Below are positions 18,367-28,433 of a DNA stretch of 64,000 bases, piece by piece. This DNA is from a virus (Duplodnaviria; Caudoviricetes). Under the pieces are notes generated by a model. It was not told the DNA's origin and made no database searches. It was given only the letters and a program-made list of their open reading frames with translations. The stretch is from positions 1 through 64,000 of the IMG/VR virus record IMGVR_UViG_3300019371_000256; one strand, given 5' to 3'. Position 1 is the stretch's first letter. Each line of letters starts with the position of its first letter. The translations under genes were made by a program, and so were the position numbers.

Positions 18367-21330
18367 ATGTACGAACAAGAATTTCAAAGAATTGTAGACG
18401 CCTCAAGAAACCATTCCTTAACATTTTTTGTTGGCGCAGGTGTTTCGGCTCTATCCGGAGCTCCCTCCTGGAAAAAGTTAATCCAAGAAATTTGCTATAG
18501 GCTAAAACGTCCTATAAAAGAGGCGTATTCGTCAGATGAAAATTTGCAAATTCCTCAGATGTACTACTACTCTATTGAGAAAGATGATGATACGTATTAT
18601 AGCTTTATCGAAGAGCTACTTACCACTAATAACCTCCTACCAAATGAAGTTCACAAAGAATTGTTGAACTTCAATCCAAGCTCTTTTATAACAACAAACT
18701 TTGATAGCCTTATTGAGGAAGCTGCTATCCAATATTGTCAAAGCTTTAAGGTAGTTGCATGTGACGATGAAGTCTCAAGCATTAACGGCGACAGATATAT
18801 ATTGAAACTTCATGGTGACTTAAAGCATAAAAACATTGTATTTAAGGAAGAAGACTACCTAAATTATAGTGAGAATTTCAAATTAACTGAGACTCTGCTC
18901 AAGTCCATTTTTTCAACAAATACAGTTGTTTTTATTGGATATGGTTTAAATGATTACAACATAAAGTTGATTCTCAATTGGGCAAAAACGCTATTAAAAG
19001 ACCATTTTAATAAGCCTATCTTCATTTATACTGGTGAAACTCCATTAAGTACCGAAGAACTCTTATATCAAAAATCAAAAGGATTATGCGTGATTGAATG
19101 TGAAAAAATAGTTAAGCACTCCACTGATTATTTTACAAGATATATGTCTGTTCTAATGGCAATAAAAAAATCATCGGATTTATCTATCGATGGAAAAACA
19201 GAACAAGAGGCCTTTGGCATCCTATATGAACTATTAGAACCTCTTGATAGATTGAATACTTTAAGAATCAGAGATGTTTATTCTAAATTAAAGCCTTATA
19301 TAAGAATAAATGATGACGGAACAATTTTGACTTCCCCTAGCGAAAGTATTCTGATTCAATACTTTTTTAAAATAAATATGATCTCCGTCGAAGAATATGA
19401 ATCAATCCCTAAAGCTATACAAGAAAAGTATCAAGTTATTTTAAGAGTGTTTAGTAAAGCACAAATTGATAAAGTTGATATAGAACATAAGAGACACTTC
19501 TTTGCCAACAAGGAAGTTTACTTTGCTGATCCAAATTGTATAGGTTTTAATTATGAAAATATGTTTGCTTTTGCGTCAAAAAAGTATACTACAATTCGTG
19601 ATAATTACAAAAAGGGATTCTATCTTGCACGCTTAAAACAATATGACAAAGCATTCTATATGTTTGCTCAAATTGCTAATCAAGCATTTAAATCTAAGGA
19701 TTACCTATTTTATTATCTTGCAGAAGTCAACTGTATCAATCTTCGTATAATTCTACGAAATGTAAATCAGTATTACAACTGTTATGACATCGAAAAAATT
19801 GATGCGACAGCTCCAAATACTGATGACATCGAGCATTTGTTTGAAAAACTGCCAATTGAGTTTCAGAACCAATACATCAGCTTCAAAGATATACATTCAA
19901 CAAATCTATTATACCAATATTCTTATGAGGCTTTTGCTGATGGTCAAAAGCTTCGGAATGCAATAGAGTCAAATTCAATAGAGTATGGTTTTACAAGCAG
20001 TGCAAAAGCAATGTGTAGAATTAATGACTATTTACATTTCTTACTGGGTAATGGTATTGTTGTTGATCTTTTTGCTGAATTTAAAAATACTATTAATAAC
20101 TTGATGTCTCTGCTTGTCTATAAGTATTCTGTGCAAGGTAAAAAAAATCTGCAAGATGAATTTTTCCTCGGCTCTACGCAAGAGGAGGTATATTTTGATG
20201 AAATAGATTTTTATTGTTTTGTTGAATGCTTTAGTAGCAATGAATTAATTCAGTTATTTAGTAAGCATAAAGTGAAAACAATCACATTTCAAAAAATTGA
20301 TTTGGTTGAAAATGCAATAAATAATATGCTGAAATATTATGAACAGCTAATAAAAAAGAACGCAAGTTTTACAGAAATTATAAATTTACAAAGGCAAATA
20401 AAGTCATGTTTAGCTTTGCTGCGATATGTAGATATATCGCAGTCATTAGTTGAAACATTATGTCGGTTTCTTTTTAAATATGAATTCCGTGAAATACTGA
20501 TCAATGATAAAATTTCATTTCTTTATTATCAATTATTATGCAAAGAAATGTATAGTGATGTAACCTCGAAAATAATTGAGGACAAGTTGCTTTTTTATAT
20601 AGATTCTCAAATAAGGGCAATTGAGTCTTCAGAAAAATTTAATGAACCCTTGTCTAATAGTGGCCTTACCTATAGCAATTTGATCCACTACGTTGCTCCT
20701 AAAAATGAGCAATATCATTCACGTAGGGTAGCCATCCGAGTTTTGTATATTATTAAAAACAATATGACTGACATGGTTCCACATGTCTTAAAGGATTATT
20801 GGAACCATATCTCACCATATTCTCGATACAAAGTTACTACTTGGGTAAAGGAGAAATTAACATATTCTTTTAACTTTGATATGTTCACATTGCTAATTGA
20901 ATGCAACGTAAAAATTGATAAAAAATTAATTGAATCCCTTATAGGATACTTACGGGATATAATTCAGAAAGAATCTATAGAATCAAAAAAAACAGAGATT
21001 TTTACACACTCCGAAAGAGATCTCTATAGGGAATTGAAACTGGTTGGATATTGGTGTTTGATAAAAAAACTTCGTAAAGATGATTTTAAAGCCTTTGTAG
21101 GTGTTAACGATTTTTTTGACTTCTTTTACCAATACGAAAAATTTGATTTTACTAAATTTGATGTATCGTGGCTTCTAAATCTTAATTTGCAAGCACTGAA
21201 AGCAATTGCAAATAACAAACTTGTTAAAGAAAAAATCAGATTTTCTATTGTGCATGTTTTGGATGAGGGAAATGTTTTAGATACAGATAAAATGAAATTA
21301 TTAGACATATTAACACATCATTTTTGCTAA
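18367..21330 (+). CDS. dsr2: Defence-associated sirtuin, full-length DSR2-like NADase (987 aa)
   Basis: SIR2_2 motifs FFVGAGVS, ITTNFD, LKLHGD and VFIGYGLNDYNI. The long helical remainder resembles Bacillus DSR2 along its length (DNYKKGFYLARL; FDFTKFDVSWL). Confidence 0.85.
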   Translation: MYEQEFQRIVDASRNHSLTFFVGAGVSALSGAPSWKKLIQEICYRLKRPIKEAYSSDENLQIPQMYYYSIEKDDDTYYSFIEELLTTNNLLPNEVHKELLNFNPSSFITTNFDSLIEEAAIQYCQSFKVVACDDEVSSINGDRYILKLHGDLKHKNIVFKEEDYLNYSENFKLTETLLKSIFSTNTVVFIGYGLNDYNIKLILNWAKTLLKDHFNKPIFIYTGETPLSTEELLYQKSKGLCVIECEKIVKHSTDYFTRYMSVLMAIKKSSDLSIDGKTEQEAFGILYELLEPLDRLNTLRIRDVYSKLKPYIRINDDGTILTSPSESILIQYFFKINMISVEEYESIPKAIQEKYQVILRVFSKAQIDKVDIEHKRHFFANKEVYFADPNCIGFNYENMFAFASKKYTTIRDNYKKGFYLARLKQYDKAFYMFAQIANQAFKSKDYLFYYLAEVNCINLRIILRNVNQYYNCYDIEKIDATAPNTDDIEHLFEKLPIEFQNQYISFKDIHSTNLLYQYSYEAFADGQKLRNAIESNSIEYGFTSSAKAMCRINDYLHFLLGNGIVVDLFAEFKNTINNLMSLLVYKYSVQGKKNLQDEFFLGSTQEEVYFDEIDFYCFVECFSSNELIQLFSKHKVKTITFQKIDLVENAINNMLKYYEQLIKKNASFTEIINLQRQIKSCLALLRYVDISQSLVETLCRFLFKYEFREILINDKISFLYYQLLCKEMYSDVTSKIIEDKLLFYIDSQIRAIESSEKFNEPLSNSGLTYSNLIHYVAPKNEQYHSRRVAIRVLYIIKNNMTDMVPHVLKDYWNHISPYSRYKVTTWVKEKLTYSFNFDMFTLLIECNVKIDKKLIESLIGYLRDIIQKESIESKKTEIFTHSERDLYRELKLVGYWCLIKKLRKDDFKAFVGVNDFFDFFYQYEKFDFTKFDVSWLLNLNLQALKAIANNKLVKEKIRFSIVHVLDEGNVLDTDKMKLLDILTHHFC

Positions 21331-21431
21331 AGCCAATTATGATAACCGTTTTATGTATATAATAAATAGATTAAGTTAAGTATTGAGATTATTGAAAGTC
21401 ATTACTTGCAGCATATACAGGGGGTAAATAC

Positions 21432-22403
21432 ATGGAAAAACGGTATCAAATTTTTGTAAGTTCGACATTTGAGGATTTAGTAGATGAGCGTAAGAGGGTC
21501 ATAGAAACTATTTTAAATTTTAATCATATTCCAGCTGGAATGGAGTTGTTTACTGCCTCTAACGATGAACAATTTGAATATATAAAAAAAATAATGCATA
21601 ATTGTGATTATTATATTCTAATAGTTGGAGGCAGATATGGAACTATAAATCCAGATAAAGGTATAAGCTACACAGAGCAAGAATATCTTTATGCCTTGGA
21701 ATTAGGTTTACCAATTTTAGCTTTTTTACATGAGACACCATATGATTTGCCATCCAAAAGAAGGGATGATGAGAATAGAATACTATTTGATGCATTTCTA
21801 AAAAAAGTTAAAACAGGTAAGATGATTAAGTATTGGTCTAATATAGATAATTTGACTTCTTCAGTTTTACTAGGATTAAATTATGAATTTAATAATAATC
21901 CTAGGTTAGGTTGGGTGCGTGGCGGAGAAAGTAATAGTGCTGAACTTTTAAAACAAATTAATGATTTGAGGTTAGAAAAAGAGACGATAGAGAAGAAGTA
22001 TATGGAAGTTAAAGAGACTCTTCATGAAAACCAACCTAAATTTGAAAATTTAGCTGAAATGTCAGAGGTGTATACTGTCAGAGGAATAGAAATGGATGAA
22101 AATGGTGATAGCAATTTTTATGAGGATGATTTTGATTTTACTTGGAATGACATTTTTAAAGCAATTGGTCCGCACCTTAATCCTTGTGTAAAAAAAGACA
22201 TATTTGAAAAAATCGTAAAGTGTAATCTTGGTTATTATGGTTTCGAAGGAATCAGAGATGAGTGTATACAAACTATTAGGATACAGTTATATGCGCAAGG
22301 TCTTATATATCAAGATACAATATCAGGTAGCTTGCATATAGGTCTGACTCAAAAGGGAGAAGTATATCTATTGCAGATTATGACTATAAAGACGCAAAAG
22401 TAA
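21432..22403 (+). CDS. DUF4062-domain protein
   Basis: KRYQIFVSSTFEDLVDER...HIPAGMELF...YILIVGGRYG...SYTEQEYLYA. Confidence 0.85.
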   Translation: MEKRYQIFVSSTFEDLVDERKRVIETILNFNHIPAGMELFTASNDEQFEYIKKIMHNCDYYILIVGGRYGTINPDKGISYTEQEYLYALELGLPILAFLHETPYDLPSKRRDDENRILFDAFLKKVKTGKMIKYWSNIDNLTSSVLLGLNYEFNNNPRLGWVRGGESNSAELLKQINDLRLEKETIEKKYMEVKETLHENQPKFENLAEMSEVYTVRGIEMDENGDSNFYEDDFDFTWNDIFKAIGPHLNPCVKKDIFEKIVKCNLGYYGFEGIRDECIQTIRIQLYAQGLIYQDTISGSLHIGLTQKGEVYLLQIMTIKTQK

Positions 22404-22415
22404 GAAAGGTTAGCT

Positions 22416-22877
22416 ATGGAATATAATTATAATGATATATTGATACATGCAAATAAATTTTACAATATTTATTTAGAGATAGCAAAGAATAATGAAGATA
22501 AGGATGAGTATTCTTCCTATGCTGTCGAATTCGTAAATGGTACATTTACTTGTGAATTATATTTAAAAGCGTTATGTTTAAAACTGAATAAAAAGCATGC
22601 GCATGGTCATGACCTCAAGGACCTATTTATGTGTTTACCTGATGATTATAAGACTTTAATTGGGCAAAAAATGCATAAGGAAGACTATGCTTATCCTATA
22701 TATCCGAATAAAGACTGTGTATTAGATACACTCTGGTACGAGTTTAGTAAAGGATTTATTGAATATCGATATGAATATGAAAAAGTGGGTAATGGTAAAA
22801 GGTTGATTATTTTTCCAAATCTGTTATCTGAATTTGCAACTATTTTAAAAGAGGTTACTGAAAGTATCTATTTATAA
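22416..22877 (+). CDS. HEPN-like protein
   Basis: NGTFTCELYLKAL, HGHDLKDLF, FIEYRYEYE. Confidence 0.65.
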   Translation: MEYNYNDILIHANKFYNIYLEIAKNNEDKDEYSSYAVEFVNGTFTCELYLKALCLKLNKKHAHGHDLKDLFMCLPDDYKTLIGQKMHKEDYAYPIYPNKDCVLDTLWYEFSKGFIEYRYEYEKVGNGKRLIIFPNLLSEFATILKEVTESIYL

Positions 22878-22899
22878 GTATAATTACAAAATAATTACA

Positions 22900-22928
22900 T
22901 TGACACTACATATAACAGATGTTAGACT
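22900..22928 (+). promoter_or_regulatory. Sigma-A-like promoter upstream of the ParB/methylase/terminase genes
   Basis: TTGACA, 17 bp spacer, TG-n-TAGACT. Confidence 0.55.
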
Positions 22929-23013
22929 GTAAATGTAAAATTCTATCATATGTAAGGGGATTGCCGAAATGAAGACGGTAGTCCCTTTTTTGCTCCCCAG
23001 GAAGGAGCATAAG

Positions 23014-23514
23014 ATGTATATAAAGAATGTGGCAGTGGAAGAGTTGCAGGTGGCGGCATATAATCCTAGAAAGGACTTGAAACCAGAGGATGTTGAGTAT
23101 CAAAGAATTAAAAAATCTTTAGATAAGTTTGGCTGCGTTGAGCCTATTATCTGGAATGAAAAGACTGGTAACGTAGTTGGCGGACACCAAAGGCTGAGAA
23201 TACTGATGGATGAAGGTGTAGAGGCAGTTGATGTCAGTGTGGTGAATCTTGATCCAATTGAGGAGAAGGCGCTTAATGTTGCACTGAATAAGATATCCGG
23301 TAATTGGGATATTGAAAAACTGACAGATATAATGCAGGAGCTTGTAGAAAAAGACTATGCCTCGCTTACCGGATACAGTGAAAAAGAAATTGAGAAGCTA
23401 ATTGATCAGGTGAATATTGATGCAACGATAAGCACTATGGGAGAGATAGATACGGCTGATTTCTCAGCGGATAACTTTAAAAATAAGTGCCCACGTTGTG
23501 GATTTCTTTATTAG
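23014..23514 (+). CDS. ParB/Srx-like domain protein with C-terminal Zn ribbon
   Basis: AAYNPRK, FGCVEPIIWN...VVGGHQRL, ALNVALNKISGNWD, CPRCGF. Confidence 0.85.
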   Translation: MYIKNVAVEELQVAAYNPRKDLKPEDVEYQRIKKSLDKFGCVEPIIWNEKTGNVVGGHQRLRILMDEGVEAVDVSVVNLDPIEEKALNVALNKISGNWDIEKLTDIMQELVEKDYASLTGYSEKEIEKLIDQVNIDATISTMGEIDTADFSADNFKNKCPRCGFLY

Positions 23515-23525
23515 GAAGGGGATAT

Positions 23526-24542
23526 ATGTATAGACCTTGGAGCTTAAAAGAGATAGATAATATTCCCCGAAACGGCATTAAAGTATTTTCATGTTTTTCC
23601 TGTGGAGGTGGTTCCACTATGGGATACAAGCTGGCCGGCTGTCAGGTGCTTGGTAATTGTGAAATAGATCAAAGGATTAATGAACTGTATAATAGAAATC
23701 ATCATCCCTTATATTCATACAATATGGACATAAGGGATTTTGTTAAATTATCGGACAATGATCTGCCACCTGAATTATTTCAATTGGATATATTAGATGG
23801 ATCGCCGCCATGTAGTGTGTTTTCAATGTCCGGGAACCGTGAGAACGACTGGGGGAAAGCCAAACGATTCCGGGAGGGCCAGGCAGCCCAAACGTTGGAT
23901 GATTTGTTCTTTGAATTTATATCCGTCATTCGAAAATTAAAGCCAAAAGTATTCATAGCTGAAAATGTAAAAGGTATGCTACATGGCAGTGCAAAAGGTT
24001 ATATAAGTGAGATCCTCAATAAAGTTGATGAAGCTGGATATAAAGTCCAGCTTTTTTGCTTAAATTCTGCCGTAATGGGCGTTCCACAGCGCCGTGAAAG
24101 AGTATTTTTTATTGGTCATAGAAAAGAGCTGCCATACTCAAAGTTGAATCTGGATTTTACCATGAGACCGATTCGCTTTGGAGAGATCAGGAGCTTAGCC
24201 GGTGGACCGGTTACTAAAGAGACATATCAACTTTTGAAGCACAAAACACCAACCGACCGCAATTTGGCTGATATCAATAACCGGCTGTTTAATAAACAGA
24301 GTAGATTTAATGCAGCTGTAGTTTGGGACAGCATTGTTTCGCCAACCATTACATCTAATGGTGATTTCCTGAGGGCTATCGACGACAGTAAATTTTCAGA
24401 TATGGATTACATTAATTGCCAGACGTTCCCTGTGGATTATGATTTTAATAAGACCAGCGTTCAATATGTATGTGGAATGTCTGTGCCACCGCTGATGATG
24501 AAGGAAATAGCAACTCAGATATGCAATCAGTGGTTTTTCTAA
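23526..24542 (+). CDS. Orphan C5 DNA cytosine methyltransferase
   Basis: Motif I FSCFSCGGG, catalytic GSPPC, ENV, QRRERVFF, C-terminal GMSVPP. Confidence 0.9.
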   Translation: MYRPWSLKEIDNIPRNGIKVFSCFSCGGGSTMGYKLAGCQVLGNCEIDQRINELYNRNHHPLYSYNMDIRDFVKLSDNDLPPELFQLDILDGSPPCSVFSMSGNRENDWGKAKRFREGQAAQTLDDLFFEFISVIRKLKPKVFIAENVKGMLHGSAKGYISEILNKVDEAGYKVQLFCLNSAVMGVPQRRERVFFIGHRKELPYSKLNLDFTMRPIRFGEIRSLAGGPVTKETYQLLKHKTPTDRNLADINNRLFNKQSRFNAAVVWDSIVSPTITSNGDFLRAIDDSKFSDMDYINCQTFPVDYDFNKTSVQYVCGMSVPPLMMKEIATQICNQWFF

Positions 24543-24575
24543 AACACAAAACAAACGATTGAGAGGTGGTGAGGA

Positions 24576-25337
24576 GTGAATGAAGTCAGGGCTCCAAATT
24601 ATGAATTAGCCTTGATTGATTATCAATCAGGCATGAAATATAAAGATATCGCCGAAAAGCATGGTGTTACCATTAATACCGTTAAATCATGGAAAACAAG
24701 ATATAAGTGGTCCAAGGATAAAAAAAAAGGTGTGCACACAAAATCTGATAAGGTGTGCACACAAAAAGGTGGGCAACCAGGCAATAGAAATGCGGCTGGA
24801 CACGGAGCACCGGCCATGAATAAAAACGCAGTTAAGCACGGACTCTTTAGCAAGTATCTGCCAGAGGAAACGTTGGCCATTGTTGAGGAGCTTCAGGAGA
24901 ACGCATTGGACCCGGCGGATATTCTTTATGATAATATCCTCATGCAGCATGCAGCTATAATTAGGGCTCAAAGAATAATGTATGTGAAGAATCAGTCGGA
25001 TCTGACTAAGGAGCTGAAGAAGGTTAAGACTTCAACAAGCGGTATGAGTGGGAAGAATAAATCCTCGGAGTTGGAGTATGAATTGCAATTTGCCTGGGAT
25101 AAGCAGGCCAGTTACCTTCAGGCCCAGTCCAGGGCAATGCAGACGCTTACAACTATGCTTAAGCAGTTTAAGGAATTGACTGCTCCCGATGATGAGCGCA
25201 GAATGCGTTTGGAACTTATGCAAGTTGAACTTGAAAAACGTCGCAACGAGACAGATTCACTTGGCGGTGGTGAAAATGTAGTTGATGATTGGATTGATGC
25301 TGTTACCGGTGAAGATGAGGGGGATGATGTTGATTGA
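24576..25337 (+). CDS. Terminase small subunit (YqaS-like)
   Basis: KYKDIAEKHGVTINTVKSWKTRYKW; GGQPGNRNA; NKNAVKHGLFSKYLP. Confidence 0.88.
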   Translation: MNEVRAPNYELALIDYQSGMKYKDIAEKHGVTINTVKSWKTRYKWSKDKKKGVHTKSDKVCTQKGGQPGNRNAAGHGAPAMNKNAVKHGLFSKYLPEETLAIVEELQENALDPADILYDNILMQHAAIIRAQRIMYVKNQSDLTKELKKVKTSTSGMSGKNKSSELEYELQFAWDKQASYLQAQSRAMQTLTTMLKQFKELTAPDDERRMRLELMQVELEKRRNETDSLGGGENVVDDWIDAVTGEDEGDDVD

Positions 25338-26773
25338 GAAAGGAATCCCTTCGTTGCGACGGTCGCAACAGTAAATCTTCTAAGCGCAGGGCATTTTTTA
25401 AGGAGCGAATTCCAATATACCGTAAAAATCCTGTTTTATTTGCTCAGGAGGTTCTTTTGTTTGAGCCTGATCCATGGCAGCAAGAGGCTCTTATGGATTT
25501 GGCTGAGCACCCGAAAGTAAGTATTAAGTCTGGCCAGGGTGTCGGAAAAACCGGTATTGAAGCTGTAGCCCTTCTGTGGTTTTTAACATGTTTTCCATTT
25601 CCTCGAGTGGTTGCCACAGCTCCGACAAAACAGCAATTACATGACGTGTTGTGGTCTGAGGTATCCAAATGGCAGGAACGGGCTCCTCTGCTCCAGGAAA
25701 TATTGAAATGGACTAAAACCTATATCTACATGAAGGGGCATGAGAAAAGGTGGTTTGCTACTGCCAGAACGGCAACCAAGCCGGAGAATATGCAAGGCTT
25801 CCATGAAGATAACATGCTTTTTATCATAGACGAAGCTTCTGGTGTGGCTGATCCGATTATGGAAGCAATCCTGGGTACCCTGTCTGGAGGAAATAACAAG
25901 CTGCTTATGTGTGGCAATCCTACCAGAACCAGCGGTACCTTTTATGATGCCTTTTATTCTTCCAGAAGGATGTATAAGTGCCATACGGTCTCATCAGAGG
26001 ACAGTCCACGTACCAATAAAGACAATATTAAGACATTGGTTGACCGGTTCGGATATGACAGTAATGTAGTCCGGGTACGTGTCCGGGGATTATTTCCGAA
26101 ACAGGAAGATGATGTGTTTATTGCCCTGCAACTTTTGGATGCAGCAATTGAACTTGAAATAGATATGGAAGAGGAAAACGAGGAATACACCCCTGACCGC
26201 ATTGATATAGGTGTGGACGTTGCCCGCTTTGGTAATGATAATACGGTAATAGCCCAGAAGATTGATAAGGTTATACCGGATCTCCTTGTCCGTCATGGAC
26301 AGGATACGATGAAAACTGCCGGTGATATTGTTCGCATGTATCGGAGTTTACTTGAAAAATATCCGAAGTATGATAATTACATCTATGTCAAAATTGATGA
26401 TACTGGTGTCGGTGGTGGTGTCAGTGACCGTCTGAAGGAGCTGCAAAGCGATCCGGAAGAGAAGCTGGAGAAACTGGTTGTTGTTCCTGTTAATTTCGCA
26501 AAGAAGGCACCAAAGACAAAGTCAGCCAGGTATTATGATGATATTGTAACTTGGATGTGGGCGAATGTACGTGACCTCTTGGAGAACAAAGAAGTTAAGC
26601 TGCCTGATGATTCAATCTTAGTCGGTGAATTCTCCACACGGAAGTATAATTTCCAGTCCAACGGTAAGCAGAGGCTTGAAAGCAAAGATGAATTGAAAAA
26701 GAGGGGATTAACTTCTCCGGACAGGGCGGATGCGGTTGCATTAGCCTGTATGCCAGTATTTAAAAAGAAATAA
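25334..26773 (+). CDS. terL: Terminase large subunit
   Basis: Walker A SGQGVGKT, IIDEASG, GNPTR, IGVDVARFGNDNTVI, SPDRADA. Confidence 0.95.
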   Translation: MRKESLRCDGRNSKSSKRRAFFKERIPIYRKNPVLFAQEVLLFEPDPWQQEALMDLAEHPKVSIKSGQGVGKTGIEAVALLWFLTCFPFPRVVATAPTKQQLHDVLWSEVSKWQERAPLLQEILKWTKTYIYMKGHEKRWFATARTATKPENMQGFHEDNMLFIIDEASGVADPIMEAILGTLSGGNNKLLMCGNPTRTSGTFYDAFYSSRRMYKCHTVSSEDSPRTNKDNIKTLVDRFGYDSNVVRVRVRGLFPKQEDDVFIALQLLDAAIELEIDMEEENEEYTPDRIDIGVDVARFGNDNTVIAQKIDKVIPDLLVRHGQDTMKTAGDIVRMYRSLLEKYPKYDNYIYVKIDDTGVGGGVSDRLKELQSDPEEKLEKLVVVPVNFAKKAPKTKSARYYDDIVTWMWANVRDLLENKEVKLPDDSILVGEFSTRKYNFQSNGKQRLESKDELKKRGLTSPDRADAVALACMPVFKKK

Positions 26774-26795
26774 TTGTGGGAAGGAGGTAAAGATC

Positions 26796-28433
26796 TTGGA
26801 GGAAGTACAGGAGCAGGAAGAAAAAAAGCGTATCCATAATTCGGTTGTCATTAAAACCATATCAGAGGACCGTGTAGCTATTATGGAAAGCAAAGCGGTT
26901 GATGAAGATGAATTTCATGGACTGTATGAAGATGGGGCTGTTTTGGAACCGCTTTATAATCCGGAGCAGTTAACCCGGCTTTCCGAAAACAGCGATATCC
27001 TACAGCAATGCATAGATGCGTATAAGACTAATATTGTGGGTTTTGGTGTAGACTTTGATTATGATATTGATGTGGATAAGCAGAATGAGAGCATTCAATC
27101 AGCTCTTGATAAAGAATGGACTAAGTATGAAAACTTCTTTAAATTCTGCAATTTTGATGAAAGCTATACAGAAATCATGAAAAAGGTTGTTGATGATAGG
27201 GAGCGTATCGGTTGGGGAACCTTAGAGGTTATAGAAGATGCTGTTGGCAGACCTGCAGGGCTGGAACATATACCGGCGCATAAAGTACGCTTATGTAAAA
27301 GGGAGAGGAAAGCCATTTCAGTAAAAACAATGGTTCCCAATGACAATGGAGAATTGATCGAAATTACTATCATGAAAAAATTCAGGAAGTTTGTTCAGAT
27401 CGTGGATAGCCGGAAGGTATTCTTTAAAGAATTTGGAGATCCGAGAACATTGAATTGTAAAACAGGGTTGCATGATGAAGCCGCTGCGGATGAAGACAAA
27501 GCCACAAGCATTATCTTTTTTAATATCTATTGTCCTTATACACCCTATGGTTTACCGAGGTACATAGGTCAGCTACTTAATGTTCAGGGAAACAGGAAGG
27601 CCGAAGAACTTAATTATACTTATTTCATGGACGGCAGGCATATGCCAATGGCCATCATTGTAGAAAATGGAAAGTTGACAGATGAATCTATTCAAAATAT
27701 ATCCAATTCTAAAGGAGATAAAGCCAGGCATAAATATTTGATTCTGGAAGCTGAGGGAGCTGAAAAGACAGTATCAATAGGTGATGATGATGAAAAATCA
27801 AAGGTGAACATTCGGTTTGAGAAGCTTGCGGAAATGTTGGAAAAGGATGGACTGTTTCAAGATTACTGTAAAAATAATCGTGATAAAATTCGATCCGCTT
27901 TTCGATTGCATCCGATATATACCGGAGAGAGTCAGGACTACACCAGAGCCACAGCTGATACTGCAAGGCAGGTCACAGAAGAGCAGGTGTTCCAACCGGA
28001 GCGGGAGGACATCGCTTTCAAATTTAACAACACTCTTAAGCGAGTACTGGAAATAAACCAGGTAAGCATGAAATTTGTGGCTCCTACCATATCGGATAAG
28101 GCAGAGATTGCTACAGCTATTGCACCTTATGTACAGGCCGGCGCGGCATCACCGAATATGCTTATAGATGCCCTGGGAGATCTGCTTGGCAAGTCATTTG
28201 AGCCTTTTGAGGGTGAATGGGCTGATAAGCCCTTACAATTATTGCTTAAGGAAATGGAACTGGAAGCAAGTCAGAGTAATGGATATGGAAGTGAAGAACA
28301 AATAAATAATGGTTCTGTAGGGCAGGAAAATGACCAGAATACTATAGAAAAGTCTGAAAGCATTGAAAGTATAGTCGGGATATTAAAAGGCTTGCAAATA
28401 GCAATAGAGGAGGCGCTTACAGATGAAGCCTAA
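26796..28433 (+). CDS. Portal protein, PBSX family
   Basis: EPLYNPEQL, TPYGLPRY, IRSAFRLHPIYTGESQDYTRATA. Confidence 0.88.
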   Translation: MEEVQEQEEKKRIHNSVVIKTISEDRVAIMESKAVDEDEFHGLYEDGAVLEPLYNPEQLTRLSENSDILQQCIDAYKTNIVGFGVDFDYDIDVDKQNESIQSALDKEWTKYENFFKFCNFDESYTEIMKKVVDDRERIGWGTLEVIEDAVGRPAGLEHIPAHKVRLCKRERKAISVKTMVPNDNGELIEITIMKKFRKFVQIVDSRKVFFKEFGDPRTLNCKTGLHDEAAADEDKATSIIFFNIYCPYTPYGLPRYIGQLLNVQGNRKAEELNYTYFMDGRHMPMAIIVENGKLTDESIQNISNSKGDKARHKYLILEAEGAEKTVSIGDDDEKSKVNIRFEKLAEMLEKDGLFQDYCKNNRDKIRSAFRLHPIYTGESQDYTRATADTARQVTEEQVFQPEREDIAFKFNNTLKRVLEINQVSMKFVAPTISDKAEIATAIAPYVQAGAASPNMLIDALGDLLGKSFEPFEGEWADKPLQLLLKEMELEASQSNGYGSEEQINNGSVGQENDQNTIEKSESIESIVGILKGLQIAIEEALTDEA

